Origin: Camelus ferus
Taxonomy: Eukaryota
Direction: 5' to 3'
Assembly (NCBI RefSeq): GCF_009834535.1
Contig: NC_045697.1
Span: forward strand, 20,586,001-20,650,000
Length of the DNA: 64,000 bases
The notes under the pieces were generated by a model, which ran no database searches, was not told the origin of the DNA, and saw nothing but the letters and a program-made list of their open reading frames with translations. Positions 1 through 12,369 of the stretch are shown here, one piece after another (the first letter of the stretch is position 1; every line of letters starts with the position of its first letter). A program made the position numbers and the translations under genes.

Positions 1-800
1 AGAATTGATTAGATTTCCTAAGTCTGATAATTATTCCCTTTAAGCATAGGAAAATTATTGGATACTGTATCTTCGAATATCATCACTTCTCTTTCTTACG
101 CATCTAAGCATGTTACACCTTCTCAGTCATCCGTATCTCCTGTCTTCTCTTCAATATATTTATCATTTTTTCTTCAGTGATTCTATTTGCAAAATTTATT
201 CATCTATATAATTCAGTATGCATTTTAGTCAATCCTTTTTCTTATCTCCTCAGATATTTGCATTGTCTCCTAAGTATTCATAACTTAATTATTTTATCTA
301 TTTATCTAAAATAATGTATACTTCATTAAATTTTAATGTCTTATAACCCCTATATCTGTACTTTTTGGCAATCTGACTTTTCTGTCTCTTGTTTCCTAAG
401 TTCTTGCTCGTGATTGTTTCTTTTATTACTGGCTGTGTAATTTTTTTTAAACTGTGGTTTTATTTCTTCTGGAACATTATCTATGGGATTTTTGTAAGGC
501 CTGACTGAAAGAAGCATTTCTCTGGAGAGTACTTGCGTTTGCTTCTCTCTGGTGCCTGAAGGTACTTACATGGGATCACTTAAAAATAAATTCTCAATTC
601 GAAAGTTTTAGCTCACTAGCTGCAAACCCAGATGAGGGCCACTTTGTGAGTATGAATTCTCAGGAGAGATTTTTTTTTTTGAGATTTTTTTTTCTTTCCA
701 TCCAGTGCCAAAACCCCAACAGACAAGTCTCTTTGTTATTTTTTTTCCCCTGTAATAAATTTATTCCCCTTTTACTTCATTCTGCTAGTGGAAGTGCAAT
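1..800 (-). mobile_element. Ancient L1 (L1ME/HAL1-like) 5'/ORF1-region fragment
   Basis: T-rich antisense L1 composition; segment 'agcatttctctggagagtacttgcgtttgcttct' resembles old L1ME/HAL1 5' regions. Confidence 0.5.
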
Positions 801-849
801 TGAGCACAATAGGCCTTGAAAACTGTTCTATTACTATTAATAAATTCGA

Positions 850-1855
850 ATATACATATGCCCTTTGGTCCCATAATTTGTCTCCTCTGTGTATGTTCAA
901 CAAAAATGTGTGCACAAGTGCAACAAAATTACAAGCATATTGATGGATACAGTAGCTTTACAAAAAGACCAAGTGTAGCTTAAATGCCCACTAAAAATAG
1001 AGTAAATAAATTGAGGTATAGAATACAGACTATTACACAGGAAATAGATGGAGTATACTACTGCTGCTGCAGGCAGAATCATAACAGAACAAAATAACCC
1101 AGACACAGAATATTTACTACATGATTCCATTTATGTTAAGTTTTAAAGAGGCAAAACTAATCTAAAATATTGGGTGTCAAGAAGATGATGGACTCCAGGG
1201 AAAGGATAGGATAAAGTCAGGGAGAAGTTCTGGGGTGGTCTCTGACAACAGGTACGGTTACAAGGCTGTATTCTCTTAGTTATTATTCTTTGAATACTGT
1301 GATGGTTAGTTTTATGTGTCACGGCCATGGGGTGCCCAAAGTCTGGGTGTGTCTGTGATGGTGTTTCTGTATAAGGTTAGCATTTGAATTGGTGGGCTCA
1401 ATAAAGCACATGACCCTTTTGAATATGCGTGGGCATTGTCCAACCCCCAGAGAGTCTGAGTAAAATGATGCATAGAGGAAGGAGGAATTTGCCCTGTTTT
1501 GCTTCCTGCCTGCCTGCCTGCCTGCTTGGGCTGGGACATCTCATCTCACTTTCTCCAGCTCTTTGACTGGGGAACTGGGATTTACACCACATGAGCTCCC
1601 CTGGTTCTCAGACTGATTATACTATTGGTTTTGCTGGGTCCCCAGCTTGCACCCATCAGATCATGAGACTTCTCAACCTCTGTAATGATGTCAGAGAATT
1701 CCTCATGATAAATCTATCTGTCACCTGTCTATCTATCTCCCACTGTTTCCAGATTCTATGAAGAAACCTGACAAATGAAAATATACATTTATGACTGTTG
1801 CACTTTATGCCTGTAAATATACTTAACTAAAAAAAAAAAAAAAAAAAAGAAAAAG
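850..1855 (+). mobile_element. L1ME-type 3' UTR with poly(A) tail, interrupted by an MLT2 LTR
   Basis: 'atgattccatttatgttaagttttaaagaggcaaaactaatcta' L1 3' UTR motif; resumes after 1780 and ends in an A-run at about 1829-1854. Confidence 0.75.
1298..1779 (+). mobile_element. MLT2 (ERVL) solo LTR
   Basis: Starts 'tgtgatggttagttttatgtgtca', contains 'ctgggtgtgtctgtgatggtgtttct' and 'ccagcttgca...agatcatgagacttctcaacctc'; imperfect 5-bp TSD aatac/aatat. Confidence 0.85.
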
Positions 1856-2029
1856 GAAGTATGTATTGAACCATACTTTCAACTTCCTTAATTCCCCTGA
1901 CTGACTCACTGGGTACTTAGGATATAAAATGTATAATTCTCATCAAGGTGTACTCAGCCAGACAAGTCAACTGCCCGTCTTCCTCTGCAACCTAGTGGAG
2001 AATCATTACCCCTCTCTCAACCACACTGA

Positions 2030-2437
2030 TACTTTGTTTCCTTCAGATACCAGCCTGTTTTCCACCTTAAGGCATTTTCAAGTATCATTCTTTCTTTCTG
2101 GCCTTCTCTTTCCCATACTTGCAATATATTTGCTTTTTATTCAAACTTTAACTCTCTGATAAATGTCACTTTTAACAGGACACTTTAATGGATCCCCAAT
2201 CTAAATTATAGTCTACCTCAGCCCCAATTTTGTTTTATAGATCCTATTATTTTCCTTTATAGCTCTTACTATGATGTATAATTTTGGTAGTTATGTGAAT
2301 GATGTCTGTCTTCCCCTGCTTTACTGTAAGTTTCATAATAGCAGAGTCCATTTTATTTTATTCTCCATTGTACACCCTTTTATGCTCCTAGCCTGCACAT
2401 GGTTCAGAGTGGATACACTGTTCACTAAATGAATTAA
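2030..2437 (+). mobile_element. L2 3' fragment
   Basis: 'gtctgtcttcccctgctttactgtaagtttcat...gttcactaaatgaattaa' L2 3' terminus pattern. Confidence 0.65.
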
Positions 2438-2971
2438 GAATTTGATCTATCTTTATTGTAACAAAATTTAAAGAGGGGCTAGGAAATGGAAATTAATCTT
2501 CTACCACTCATTGTTTTATTTTATCACTATTGTTTTAAGGAATTATGAATGTCATTTCAGGGGTCACTATTTCTTACCTTTGTTATCTACATGTGATATA
2601 CTCTGATGCAAGAACTAGAAAAGCACCAGAAAATATTTAAAATAATTAAAATAAATTATATTAGGGTAGCGCTGAACTGAGAAAGAAAAGTTTAACATTT
2701 ATTTATAAAAGCAGTTTTTCTAAGACAAGAGAATTGTTTTCCATGAGTATCCATCCTCAGTCATGGAGTGATGGATAATCTTGACTGAGAAAGAGACTAA
2801 AATAAAATGAACATGAAATTCACTAAGAGATGAGAATTTTATATGTCTTAGGTCTGAAAATTTTGTTTTTCATCGTGCAATCAATTTTGTCTCAGATCTC
2901 AGGTCAAAAAATATATAATTTCTAGAGAATAATACATGAAAAAAAGCAAGCAACATAATCCTGTACAATGT

Positions 2972-3520
2972 TGCATCAGTTATCTATTGCTTAGTAACAA
3001 ACCTTCCCAAATCTTAGTCCCTTAAGTAATAACCATTTATTTTGTTCATGATTTTGTTGATTAGTGATTTAGCCTGAGCTCATTTGAGTAGTTCTTCTGG
3101 TCTCAATTGTCTTTCTTTTGTGTCTGTGAAAACTGTGAGCTTTCAGTCTGCTTCTAGGTGTAAGCTGCCTGCACGGTGGAACTCTCTTACAAGTTGTCTC
3201 TCATACTCCAGCAAGCTAGTCCAGACTTTTTGTCATGGTGGAGATAGAGTAAGGAAAGAGAGAGAGAAAGAGGGAGAGACAGACAGACAGATGAAAAAGA
3301 GGGAGGAGGAGAAGGAGAAGGAGAAGGAGGTTAATTTGTCTTCAGAGCTCTTAAGGACAAATCTTAGAAAACATTGTATTCCATTTAAAAAGAAAAATTC
3401 TGCACATATTTCAGAAGTGGAAAAATAAATTTCACTTGTTGAAAGAATAAGTTGCAAAATCATATTCTATGGATACAAGAGGTCATTGGCTGGGGCCATT
3501 ATTGCAGTCAATCTACCACA
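2972..3520 (-). mobile_element. MLT1 (MaLR) LTR containing a GA-rich simple repeat (about 3250-3330)
   Basis: 'catcagttatctattgcttagtaacaaaccttcccaaatcttag' to 'caatctaccaca' are the antisense MLT1 termini. Confidence 0.8.
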
Positions 3521-3551
3521 AGTATTTATCAATCAACTGACACTGAATTTA

Positions 3552-3626
3552 TTGAATATTTATATTATACTCAGTATGTATTTAATATGTTGAATATTTA
3601 TATTATATTCAGTATTTATTGAATAT
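3552..3626. repeat. Tandem duplication of a ~38-bp AT-rich unit
   Basis: ttgaatatttatattatactcagtatgtatttaatat / ttgaatatttatattatattcagtatttattgaatat. Confidence 0.85.
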
Positions 3627-4290
3627 ATATGTTACAAACTTTATTACTATAAACCAAAAGGGACACAGAAGTATGACGTATTACTTCCTACAAATTCCTT
3701 AAATGTAACCAGTTAGTTAATCGTGATATACTGTTAAGATTTTCACTCTATTTTTGCCCAATTTAATTTAAGAAATATGACACCATTTCTTTTATTAAAG
3801 GGGGAGTATACTGCCAGAGACACTCAATGAGAGAAGGAGGGTGTTAAAGAAAGAACATGTCTTACAAAGTAATGTAGACATTTCAGAAAGTCAAGCTGGT
3901 GGTCTCAGAAATTGTAAAGAGGTCATCTAGGGTGAGAAGACAGCCCACGAGGAAATGCTAGTCAATTATCACAAACACAGGAAATCAAAAGAGTAATGAA
4001 AACCTTATGGTGGAGTAATGACAAGAGAATGGAGAAGAAAGTTTATACATATGATTGTCTTAGTAAAGCAGAGTTGACAATTCTGAGAATTATCTCTCCC
4101 TCTATAGTTTTACATGAAATTCTGATTCCTTAAGATAAAATGATCATAAGACACCAGCATTAATTTATGGGTAAGAAAACAGATCCACATGGGTACTGTA
4201 ATCAAGATATATTGGTTATTTATCATGCTGATCATCAATATATCAAAAGAAATGAAAATTTACATAGAAATTTTACACACATCAATTATC

Positions 4291-4682
4291 TATCTGTGTG
4301 AGGTTGGATTTTTATTTTTTCCACACATGCCAACCAAAACAACATATTGTAAACACTTGTGTATGGAAGCAGATATGAGAATCTGAATGCCATCTATTAA
4401 GCCAGACATTAAAGAAATTTGTAAAATGTAACTTAATGCCACTCTTTCTCCTTTTTTTTCTTTTTCAACAAATATAGCTAATTTTCACAAAAAAATGTTT
4501 TATGGTAACATGTAACTTGTCTACTATTATTTTAAATAAATTAATACATTATTACTTTAAAATTAGTTTTATTTATAATACAATAAATGTCAATTGATAT
4601 AACCCATATAAACCAACTTGGCAACCTTGGTAACTAAAAAATTGTAAAGAAGTTGTGAGAACAAAATGTATGAGAACTTCTG
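4291..4682 (+). mobile_element. hAT-Charlie1 DNA transposon 3' fragment
   Basis: 'tatctgtgtgagg...aaccaaaacaacatattg...gaagcagatatgagaatc...ctattaagccagacattaaaga' ending in TIR-like 'tgagaacttctg'. Confidence 0.85.
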
Positions 4683-5039
4683 ATATAAACAAAGTACTTT
4701 AACGAAGTGATAAACAGATTATTGCTGGGTGTATTCACTGCATAAATAAGGGACTTGGGGAAGACTGAAGGCTATAACATTGCCTTGTCCTGAAGGAGAG
4801 CAAGAAATAAAAATTTAAAAGTATAGGTATCTATTTAAGCTAGAGACTCAAAAAGTTACTTTATTATTTCTTATTTATTTTCTATGATTTTTCAAACAAG
4901 CAGTATGAACAAACATACAAAACCATAGAAGGACCAATGTTTTCTGGAGATAGTAAAAAATCCAGCACACCTTTGGAGAAAAACAGAAATCAAAGAGGCA
5001 GAGGAGCAAAACACAAGACAGCTTTGAATGCTCTGGTGT

Positions 5040-5280
5040 GTATATGATTGGCCTTTCTTCTGCACTGGAGGGCTTCCGAGAATGGTATGAAGATAATGGA
5101 GTGGTCAGGTTTGAGTTTGCAACGAGAATTTGCGGCAGTGTAGGAGAGACAGCAAGACCATCATTTGAGAGGCTACTATAATAATCTTGGTGACATGATG
5201 AAGGCCTTAACCAGTCAGGCAGTGTGATCACAGAAAACATGGATTAAAGGTATGCAAATGACATTGATGTGATATGTATG
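5040..5280 (-). mobile_element. L2 fragment
   Basis: 'gaggctactataataatcttggtgacatgatgaaggccttaacca...ggcagtg' antisense L2 pattern. Confidence 0.55.
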
Positions 5281-6052
5281 CTTCCCTAATTAGAAAAGAA
5301 AAAATATTCAGAACAAATGATAAGTCCTGCCCTTAGAAGTTTATGCAAAACTTACATTTTAGGTTTGAATAGATAATTAGCACATTTGATAAACAACTAA
5401 AATGTGTTACATGATAACAAAACTTAATTACCTACTCCCAACTGTGGTGGCTTAAAAGAGATTAAGGTTAGATTAGTCAGGGCATGAATGAAGGCAGGCA
5501 AGTATGGGGTATTTGTAGTTCCCCAAAGGAGAGCTGTTGGTTTGAGAGTAGAGAGGAGATGCAGTTGTTTAAGTTGGAGGATTTAGATGGGTAAGGACTG
5601 AAAATCAGGTGGGAGTTAACTTCCTGGAACTGCTGGGAAACTAGCTAGGGAGACCCAACACAGGGATGTTGAATGAATGAGTCAATTCACATGAGTGAAG
5701 TACAGTTAGGAAAGGATTAGTCTGGTTAACTGTTTCTTTAGCAAAGGAGAAACCATTAATTAACAGTCCATATCTGGATATTTTGAAGCCCACGTGGAAG
5801 TAAACTCAACAATATAAACCTTATAGAAAATTACTACACTTACCTTACTGCTATGTAAAATCATTTTAACTTGCATGTTATTACAATATCTCTTTATAAC
5901 TTGCAAAGCATAAGCCAAATGTGGCTGTTGTTAATTTTTAAATTAAAAAAAAGGAAGAAACAGTTTACCTAACTTTGTTAAAGCACCATCTTTAATGAGG
6001 TAAATACCTATATGATGTCATAATTTTCATTTACATTTTCTTGCATTTTCAG

Positions 6053-6154
6053 AAATGCTTATAAAGACTACTTATGTGTAAAATCTAACAAATTGATAAA
6101 AAATGGTAATACAAATGTTCCTATTACAAGAAGAGCAGAGTTAACCACCTGAAG
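6053..6154 (+). other. Candidate 102-nt internal exon (non-coding or stop-containing)
   Basis: Pyrimidine tract plus 'cattttcag|' acceptor and 'aag|gtaagg' donor; stops in all three frames. Confidence 0.3.
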
Positions 6155-8259
6155 GTAAGGAACTGAACAGCTATGCTGCTTTCTGCTCTTTGAAATAGTC
6201 AAAATATAATTTACTCTGTTTTCTTATGGAAAGCACCAATAAACAGGATTCTTACTAATTTAAAACACCAGAAAGTTCCTGCCATCCTTATTTTATTTAA
6301 CATAGATAACATACGGTTGCTGATATATCACAAGCTATCATATTTTAATACAATTTCAATAAAATGTTAACTGTATTGTGCATTTAATATAATGGACAAT
6401 GTATAGCACTGATTTGAGATTGGGTATAAAGCACTGTATTATACTATGATGTAATATGCATTCCACTGCAATGTACATTTAATTAGAAATACAATATATA
6501 TAGCATAGGTCATGCAGATACTTAAAAACAAAATTGTAAATATAGAATATTATAGCAACATTACTTAAAACTTCCATATCAATTCTTGAATTGGAATGAT
6601 AAAGGCAATTGTGACTCCTATTTAAAAAAATAATTAGAAAGTTAAGGTACTTCTAAAACTCCATATTTTCCACTGAAATTAAAAATAAAGGTTATTTTCA
6701 AACTGAAGATGAGATGTTATATATCATGTGAGATTACTTTATAAAGCTTGCTGGGGCAAACAGAAGAAAAGCTTAACATTTAATGATTGGCAAACTCCCA
6801 AACACCCTAATTTTTATTATCCTAGATATATTTTATGGCAACATAGATTTAACTCTCTAACTGTCAAATAGACTGAACATAACAAAATGCTTTTTTGGTT
6901 AAATTTATATTAGAGATATTGACACTATTAAAGCTGCGAAATATCTGGATTATTTAACCATCCTCTCGGGGATGCCGTGACAATAAATTGTTACTTTTTC
7001 AAAGCATTTGTAAATAAGCAGTTTGTATCTGTGTTCCAAGCACTTCCTTGGCATAACAGGATGTTGAAGACTGCATTTGAAAGCATTCCACTATTTGTTC
7101 ATTTTACCTTATGTGCCACTTTTCCCTTTTGGGAAACAATGTAATTTTACACAAAAGCAAAATCCATATATTATGGTAACATATGAGCCATAGTAGAGGT
7201 GATATTAAAAGTGAAAATGAAATACATCTTGCAATGCAGCGTAAATACTATGCACACATTATTTGAGCTTACATTTAAGCCGAGAGGGAGATTATTTAGC
7301 CAAGGAGAGGAAACTAAGATGACCCTGGGCGATTTGTTAACTCAGGACAGTCATACAGTGTTTCTGAGTGTTCAGCATTTAAACTGACAACTTATATTTC
7401 CAAACTGCACTTCAATTCCATAGGTAATTTTCTATTTTGGGGAAGGTATCAAGTGTCAGCCATACACACACAAAAGAAAAAATGAAAAGAAATGTAAGAA
7501 GAGAAGAAGAAAACATTTTAACTGGGAATAAATAGAGATAGCTAGCTAGCTAGATAGCTATGACAAAAAGCATGGAGTCAGGGAAAAAGTCACTGGTCTG
7601 GAGACCTAGAGGCCCCACTGGATGGAACTTCTGCTACTAACTCTGCGACCTTCACCAGCATGGCCAGCTGTTACATGGACGTTTAAGGTATACTCACCAA
7701 AATCTTAATAATTTATAGTAATCATGATAATGGTGTCATTAGCCACCACCACTGCCCCAATCATAACAACAAACAAACATTTTTTACTTAAGGAATTTAT
7801 AAATAAGCAAATGATCGGAGGAAGAGGAAATGATAAAATTTAATAAGTAAAGCTAATTTTAAAAAAATCAAGTAAATAAGTAAGTCATTATCAGAGAATT
7901 AAAAAGTAATTTGAAAAATACAAGAAAAGATAGATTAGGATAAGAGGGTTTAGACTTTTGGAAAAGAGGGTTGGACTTTTAAATAGGATGGTCAAAATAT
8001 TTCAATGAATAATAACTCAGTCCCCCATGGTAACTATTCAAAATGGCAATAATATTCGGATGCTTAAATTCTGGTGTATTTTACTAAATAGGGAAACAAC
8101 AACAACAACAATCCCAAAAAAACCACTATTTTGAGCAACAGGGAATAAATCGAATTCCTCTGCTGAAAGTTAGCCCACCCAAAAATCAAACAGACCTATA
8201 ACATCTCTCAGCCATCTCTTCTCTCTTCTAAGCAGTTTGCAGTTTAAAAGACTACACTT

Positions 8260-8500
8260 CATTTCCTGTGCTCAAAGTACTTTACATATAAGAGAATAAT
8301 TGCAGAGGTACTCAATTGATCTAGGTGTTAAGTATTATTATCCCTATTTTATGGAAATGGAATTACAGTTGACAAGGCTCAGGGGATCAATCCAACTGGG
8401 AAAATAAAAACTATTAATCTAAATCAATAGCATAATGCTGGCTGACCTAGTGCCCTTGAATAAGTCATTTAGCTTCAGTCTCCTTGTCTGAAGACAACGA
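8260..8500. mobile_element. MIR fragments
   Basis: 'tattattatccctattttatggaaatggaa' (antisense core) and 'cttgaataagtcatttagcttc...agtctccttgtctg' (sense core). Confidence 0.5.
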
Positions 8501-8741
8501 CAGAAGGTGAAAAAATTATCATCAAAGAGTTCAAACCAAATATAGAATGGGTATGAGCTTTTATAATAATATAATATCCTGACCCTAGTGTCATATGGCA
8601 AAAAGGAGGTTGCACTGATTGAGAAATGGGACACTAAATGTTTAAATAAATACTACACAGCAAGCAAGTGATATAGTTTTATAAAGTACTTTAAACTGAC
8701 TTCCAGGCAAATATTTTTAACCAGAACACTCCAAGCAGCAT

Positions 8742-8811
8742 TATATATATATTTTATACATATACATATATATAATATATATATATTCATGTTCATATAT
8801 ATACATATATT
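8742..8811. repeat. Degenerate (TA)n microsatellite
   Basis: tatatatat...catatacatatataatatatatatattcat...atatatacatatat. Confidence 0.85.
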
Positions 8812-9619
8812 CTTAAATTTTATTTTTGATTTAAATTCTGGAATATCTATAAATGTGTTTTCTTTTACTTAACAAGTATGTATTTATTTGACTTATTGTC
8901 AGGAACCTTAAATCCATTTGTACTGGCACATTTATTGAGTTGTAAGTGTCCAAGCTGTACATTTCTGAATATGGAATTTCTGATTTGAAATAAAAAAATT
9001 GTGTTTATATTCTGTTTGTGCTGTCCTTGATCCATTTTTTAAACTAAGATCTGTATATCTCATTGAATATTCTGTCAGCTGAAAACATCTCAACAGGATC
9101 ACATTCTAAAATGTGAATACATGGCATAGGGTAATTTTAGCTCCTTCATTTGTTTTTCAATGAGTGTTCCAAATACCTAGTCTTGTTTCAAAAATGAAAA
9201 GAAACAGAAGAAGAAGAAGCAGCAGCTAATTTTAAAAAATTATTTTGTTGGTTTTAAAATGGGAGATGGGGCCTCTAAATAGAATTTAATTCAGTTATTG
9301 ATCTTTTGTGTTTGATTTATTGACCAGAAATACCATATTCAAGTCACCAGTAAACATTACTTTAATTAAGATGAATATTATTATATAAAGATTTTTTCCC
9401 CAGGAAACCATTTGAGTCCAATCAAGTGTTTATAGAATTTTTGACTGCACTTTGTCACTTAGAAATTTTGACATTTGCTAGATAGCTTGTCACGTATTAA
9501 TTGTTTCAAAGTAAAATTATTTACTTACAAAGTATATTTTTGCCAAACATGAAAGGAGCTACTTGTGTTACACTCATTTATCCTCATGTATTTTTACATA
9601 AGCATAGGTGGGAAACCCT

Positions 9620-9753
9620 ACAGTCCATCCTAATGACCTTATTTTAACTCTATCTTTTAAAGACTTATCTGCAAATAGAGTTACATTCCAAAGAACTGGA
9701 GGTCAAAAACTTCAACATACGAATTTTAGGGGGACACAATTTATTTCATAACA
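9620..9753 (-). mobile_element. MLT1 (B/C-like) LTR 5' fragment
   Basis: 'ctaatgaccttattttaact...acttcaacatacgaattttagggggacacaattt...cataaca'. Confidence 0.8.
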
Positions 9754-11014
9754 GGTACATTAATTTACCTTCAAGTTATTAAACTTTCTCGTGTTTGTTA
9801 TACTTTATACATAGTTGTACCACAACATCTGCAACTTTTGTTTGTTGATGTATTTTTAAAAATACCACGTATGTGATGGTTTCTCTTTATAGCACTCTGT
9901 TGTCTGAAGAACAAGGTATACCTTTTGTTTTTATTGTTGGGTCATGCATTGTTGACTTTCTTACTCATTAATCATTAATAGTAAAATGAAAAGCTTGCAA
10001 AGTGGATGTTTCCTTTTCATATGCAATTCAATACACACAAATATCTTGATTTTAATAAAGATCTGTTTGCCCACGCTACATTTCCCTTAAATTTGATATT
10101 CCGTGTTTCTCTAACTCAGGAGGATCATTTTTCCGCTTCCCTAGATTCAGTGGTATTTATATTTCTAACTTTTTCTAATCAATGCTCAAAGTATAATAAC
10201 TCTTTTTTGAAAGTTTCAAACCGAACCTATTTTAAGGGTAAATGCAATTCTTGCAGTTTTGTTCCCTGGTTCTTTTGAAACTTGCTTCCAGATGCATTTA
10301 TTCAATTTCTTTAATATTGATTCCTGTTAAGTTTGTAGTTGAAATTTCTGAATCTTATTTCAGAGTGATCATTTTAAGCAGGTTTAGTAAGATGGTTATT
10401 TTATACCTCTGCATGAATGTATATTGAATGAGCACTTGAATAAATTATGTTTTATGTAATTTCAGAACAGTATTTTCTTAGATAAACTTAATCAATTCGA
10501 ATACAATTCCAGATGCTGACAACATGTAGATTCTTGGTAAATGTGTTATTGATTGAATAATAAGGCCTCCTTTTCAGAACTGTTTTAAATATTGGATTTG
10601 ATAATCTTCATGCTTCTTTTCTTTGCTACTATTGAAAATAGATATTTGTTAAATATCATATGTGAAATGCAGCTCTTTCTGTCTTGATATGCATTGAAGA
10701 AATCACGCTTTGTATTTTGCTATTTGAGGTGTTTTTTCTGACTTTTCACCCTTTTCCTGTCATCATAATGCATATATGTAGCTTGCTTATGAGAGACTCA
10801 TTTGATGAAGCCTCCACAATAACATGATTTTGATGATTTTGCCTGCAGGTAACATCCTACCTCTCTTGGTTGAATATTTTCACCGTAAAACCATTATGAC
10901 AAATTTCAACTCAATCTTTTTACCTTATATGGAAGAGCTGATTGGAATCTATCACTTATCCTATACATTAAATTAAATTGTCCTTTACAAATATTTGTAG
11001 TATTCTTAACCCTT

Positions 11015-11426
11015 TGAGGTGCACAGGCTGCTGGAGGAGGTCATCAGGAGGACATGACTGCCAACTGACTCCAGAGCTGGGCCTGGGCAGTGGAAGGCTC
11101 CTCACTCCCCTTCTCTGTCCTTAGTAATTACACTCTGCCCATTGTTCCAGCAGTGAGAGCTGCTTTCAAGGACCCAGACCTGAGAGAGCAATGTGTTGTT
11201 GAGACCATCTGGCTGGTACAGATGACTGAACCCAGTTAAAATCTGTATATGAACTTTTAGATTCTGGCAGGTGGGTGTGGAGATTACTCGTCTTGCGGCC
11301 ACTCAAGACGAACCTTGTATGTAAGTTCCCAAGCTTATTAACCCTGTCACCTACCAATCGGGAGTGGCCTGGCTCTTCCAGTCTCCTCATGCCCTCCCTG
11401 TATGGGGGCCAGTTCGTGAACCGACA
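11015..11426 (+). mobile_element. ERV 5' LTR (class III/ERVL-related)
   Basis: TG...CA bounded 412-bp GC-richer block directly followed by a tRNA primer-binding site. Confidence 0.75.
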
Positions 11427-11428
11427 AG

Positions 11429-11446
11429 TGGCAAGCCAGCCAGGAG
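11429..11446 (+). promoter_or_regulatory. Retroviral primer-binding site complementary to tRNA-Arg(ACG)
   Basis: tggcaagccagccaggag versus expected TGGCGAGCCAGCCAGGAG (17/18; the mismatch is a CpG decay), 2 nt after the LTR-terminal CA. Confidence 0.85.
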
Positions 11447-12016
11447 ACTGAAGAAACGGGCTTTGGGAAAGAGGCGGCCACTGGGGAAATCCCAAGTTGG
11501 CCATCTGCCTCTATGTGGGAGGGGTGGCCCAGAAGTTAGATGCCTGTGGACTACCACATGAGTGCAGGGACACCCCTGAAATGCTGGTCTGATGTGACTA
11601 TTTGAGGAACTGCACAAAACACACTGGGGCAAAGATGGAAGATGAATGGCTGCTGCACTGAGCAGCCTTTACTGTGGACTGGTCGGCTGAACACTGATAA
11701 CCTAACAAGAGGCTGAAACTTGCATCAGAAAGTTGGAGGAAGAGCTGAGGACATTAAAGGATGTGCAGATGTCCACTGCTCTGCAGGCTTCAGAGCTGGC
11801 CGACAAAGTGGGAGAGCAAGATAATAAATTAGACACCTTAGGTGCCGTTTTGCAAAGCTGGTAGGGAGCAAGCTGCCATGGATTAAGATCTGAGCTCTTG
11901 TGATAAAGCCTGATTAGGATGATGAGAGGTGGAATCCCTGGGAAAATGAGAACAAAGGAGAGGATGTTGTGGTGATTGACAATGCAAGGGATGGACAAGC
12001 TCCCCATGCAGTTCAT
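11447..12016 (+). pseudogene. Decayed ERV leader and gag N-terminal remnant
   Basis: From 11706 reads QEAETCIRKLEEELRTLKDVQMSTALQASELADKVGEQDNKLDTL, then after a frameshift CRFAKLVGSKLPWIKI*ALVIKPD*DDERWNPWE, resembling the ERV-L gag KVRALIGKEWDP..W motif. Confidence 0.65.
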
Positions 12017-12019
12017 TTT

Positions 12020-12360
12020 CTGATAAGAAGCAACATTTTAAATAGCAACTGCCTTAGGCTTATGATAATAGAGGAAATGTACCCTGAGCCTCCTAGGAGG
12101 AAACTTGCATTCTTTCTCTGTTCTTAGAAGATGTAAATCTCCTTGTGTCTTTGAAATGTAAACACCCCAGGAGATATCTAAAACCCTGCCCAGGATTGCT
12201 TGACAATGAACAGAAAAGAAAACAAAAAAAAAAAAAAAAAAAAAAGGGAAAAGAGCCTTTTTAAAAAAACAGACTGCTATAAAAGCTCCCTTTCCCAGAC
12301 TCTAGTCCACGATCTCCATGAGATTATTTGTCAAAGGCAAATACAAATCTTGAAAGTCTT
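12020..12360 (+). mobile_element. Probable second LTR fragment (ERV1, MER34-like) with internal A-run
   Basis: 'ttcttagaagatgtaaatctcc...ctttgaaatgtaaacacc' motifs; no visible similarity to the 11015 LTR. Confidence 0.4.
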
Positions 12361-12369
12361 CCTCTTAAG

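Noticed and set aside
3084..3463. Overlapping 114-aa and 76-aa ORFs with charged or Ser/Phe runs
   Set aside because: Produced by a GA-rich simple repeat inside an MLT1 LTR
7942..7980. Short direct repeats (also 25893-25918, 26098-26144, 30938-30973) considered as array- or CRISPR-like
   Set aside because: Only two copies each with no regular spacer structure; ordinary slippage duplications in a eukaryotic genome
10923..10932. Perfect CArG box CCTTATATGG just upstream of the ERV LTR
   Set aside because: A single CC(A/T)6GG is expected by chance in 64 kb of AT-rich DNA and has no supporting context
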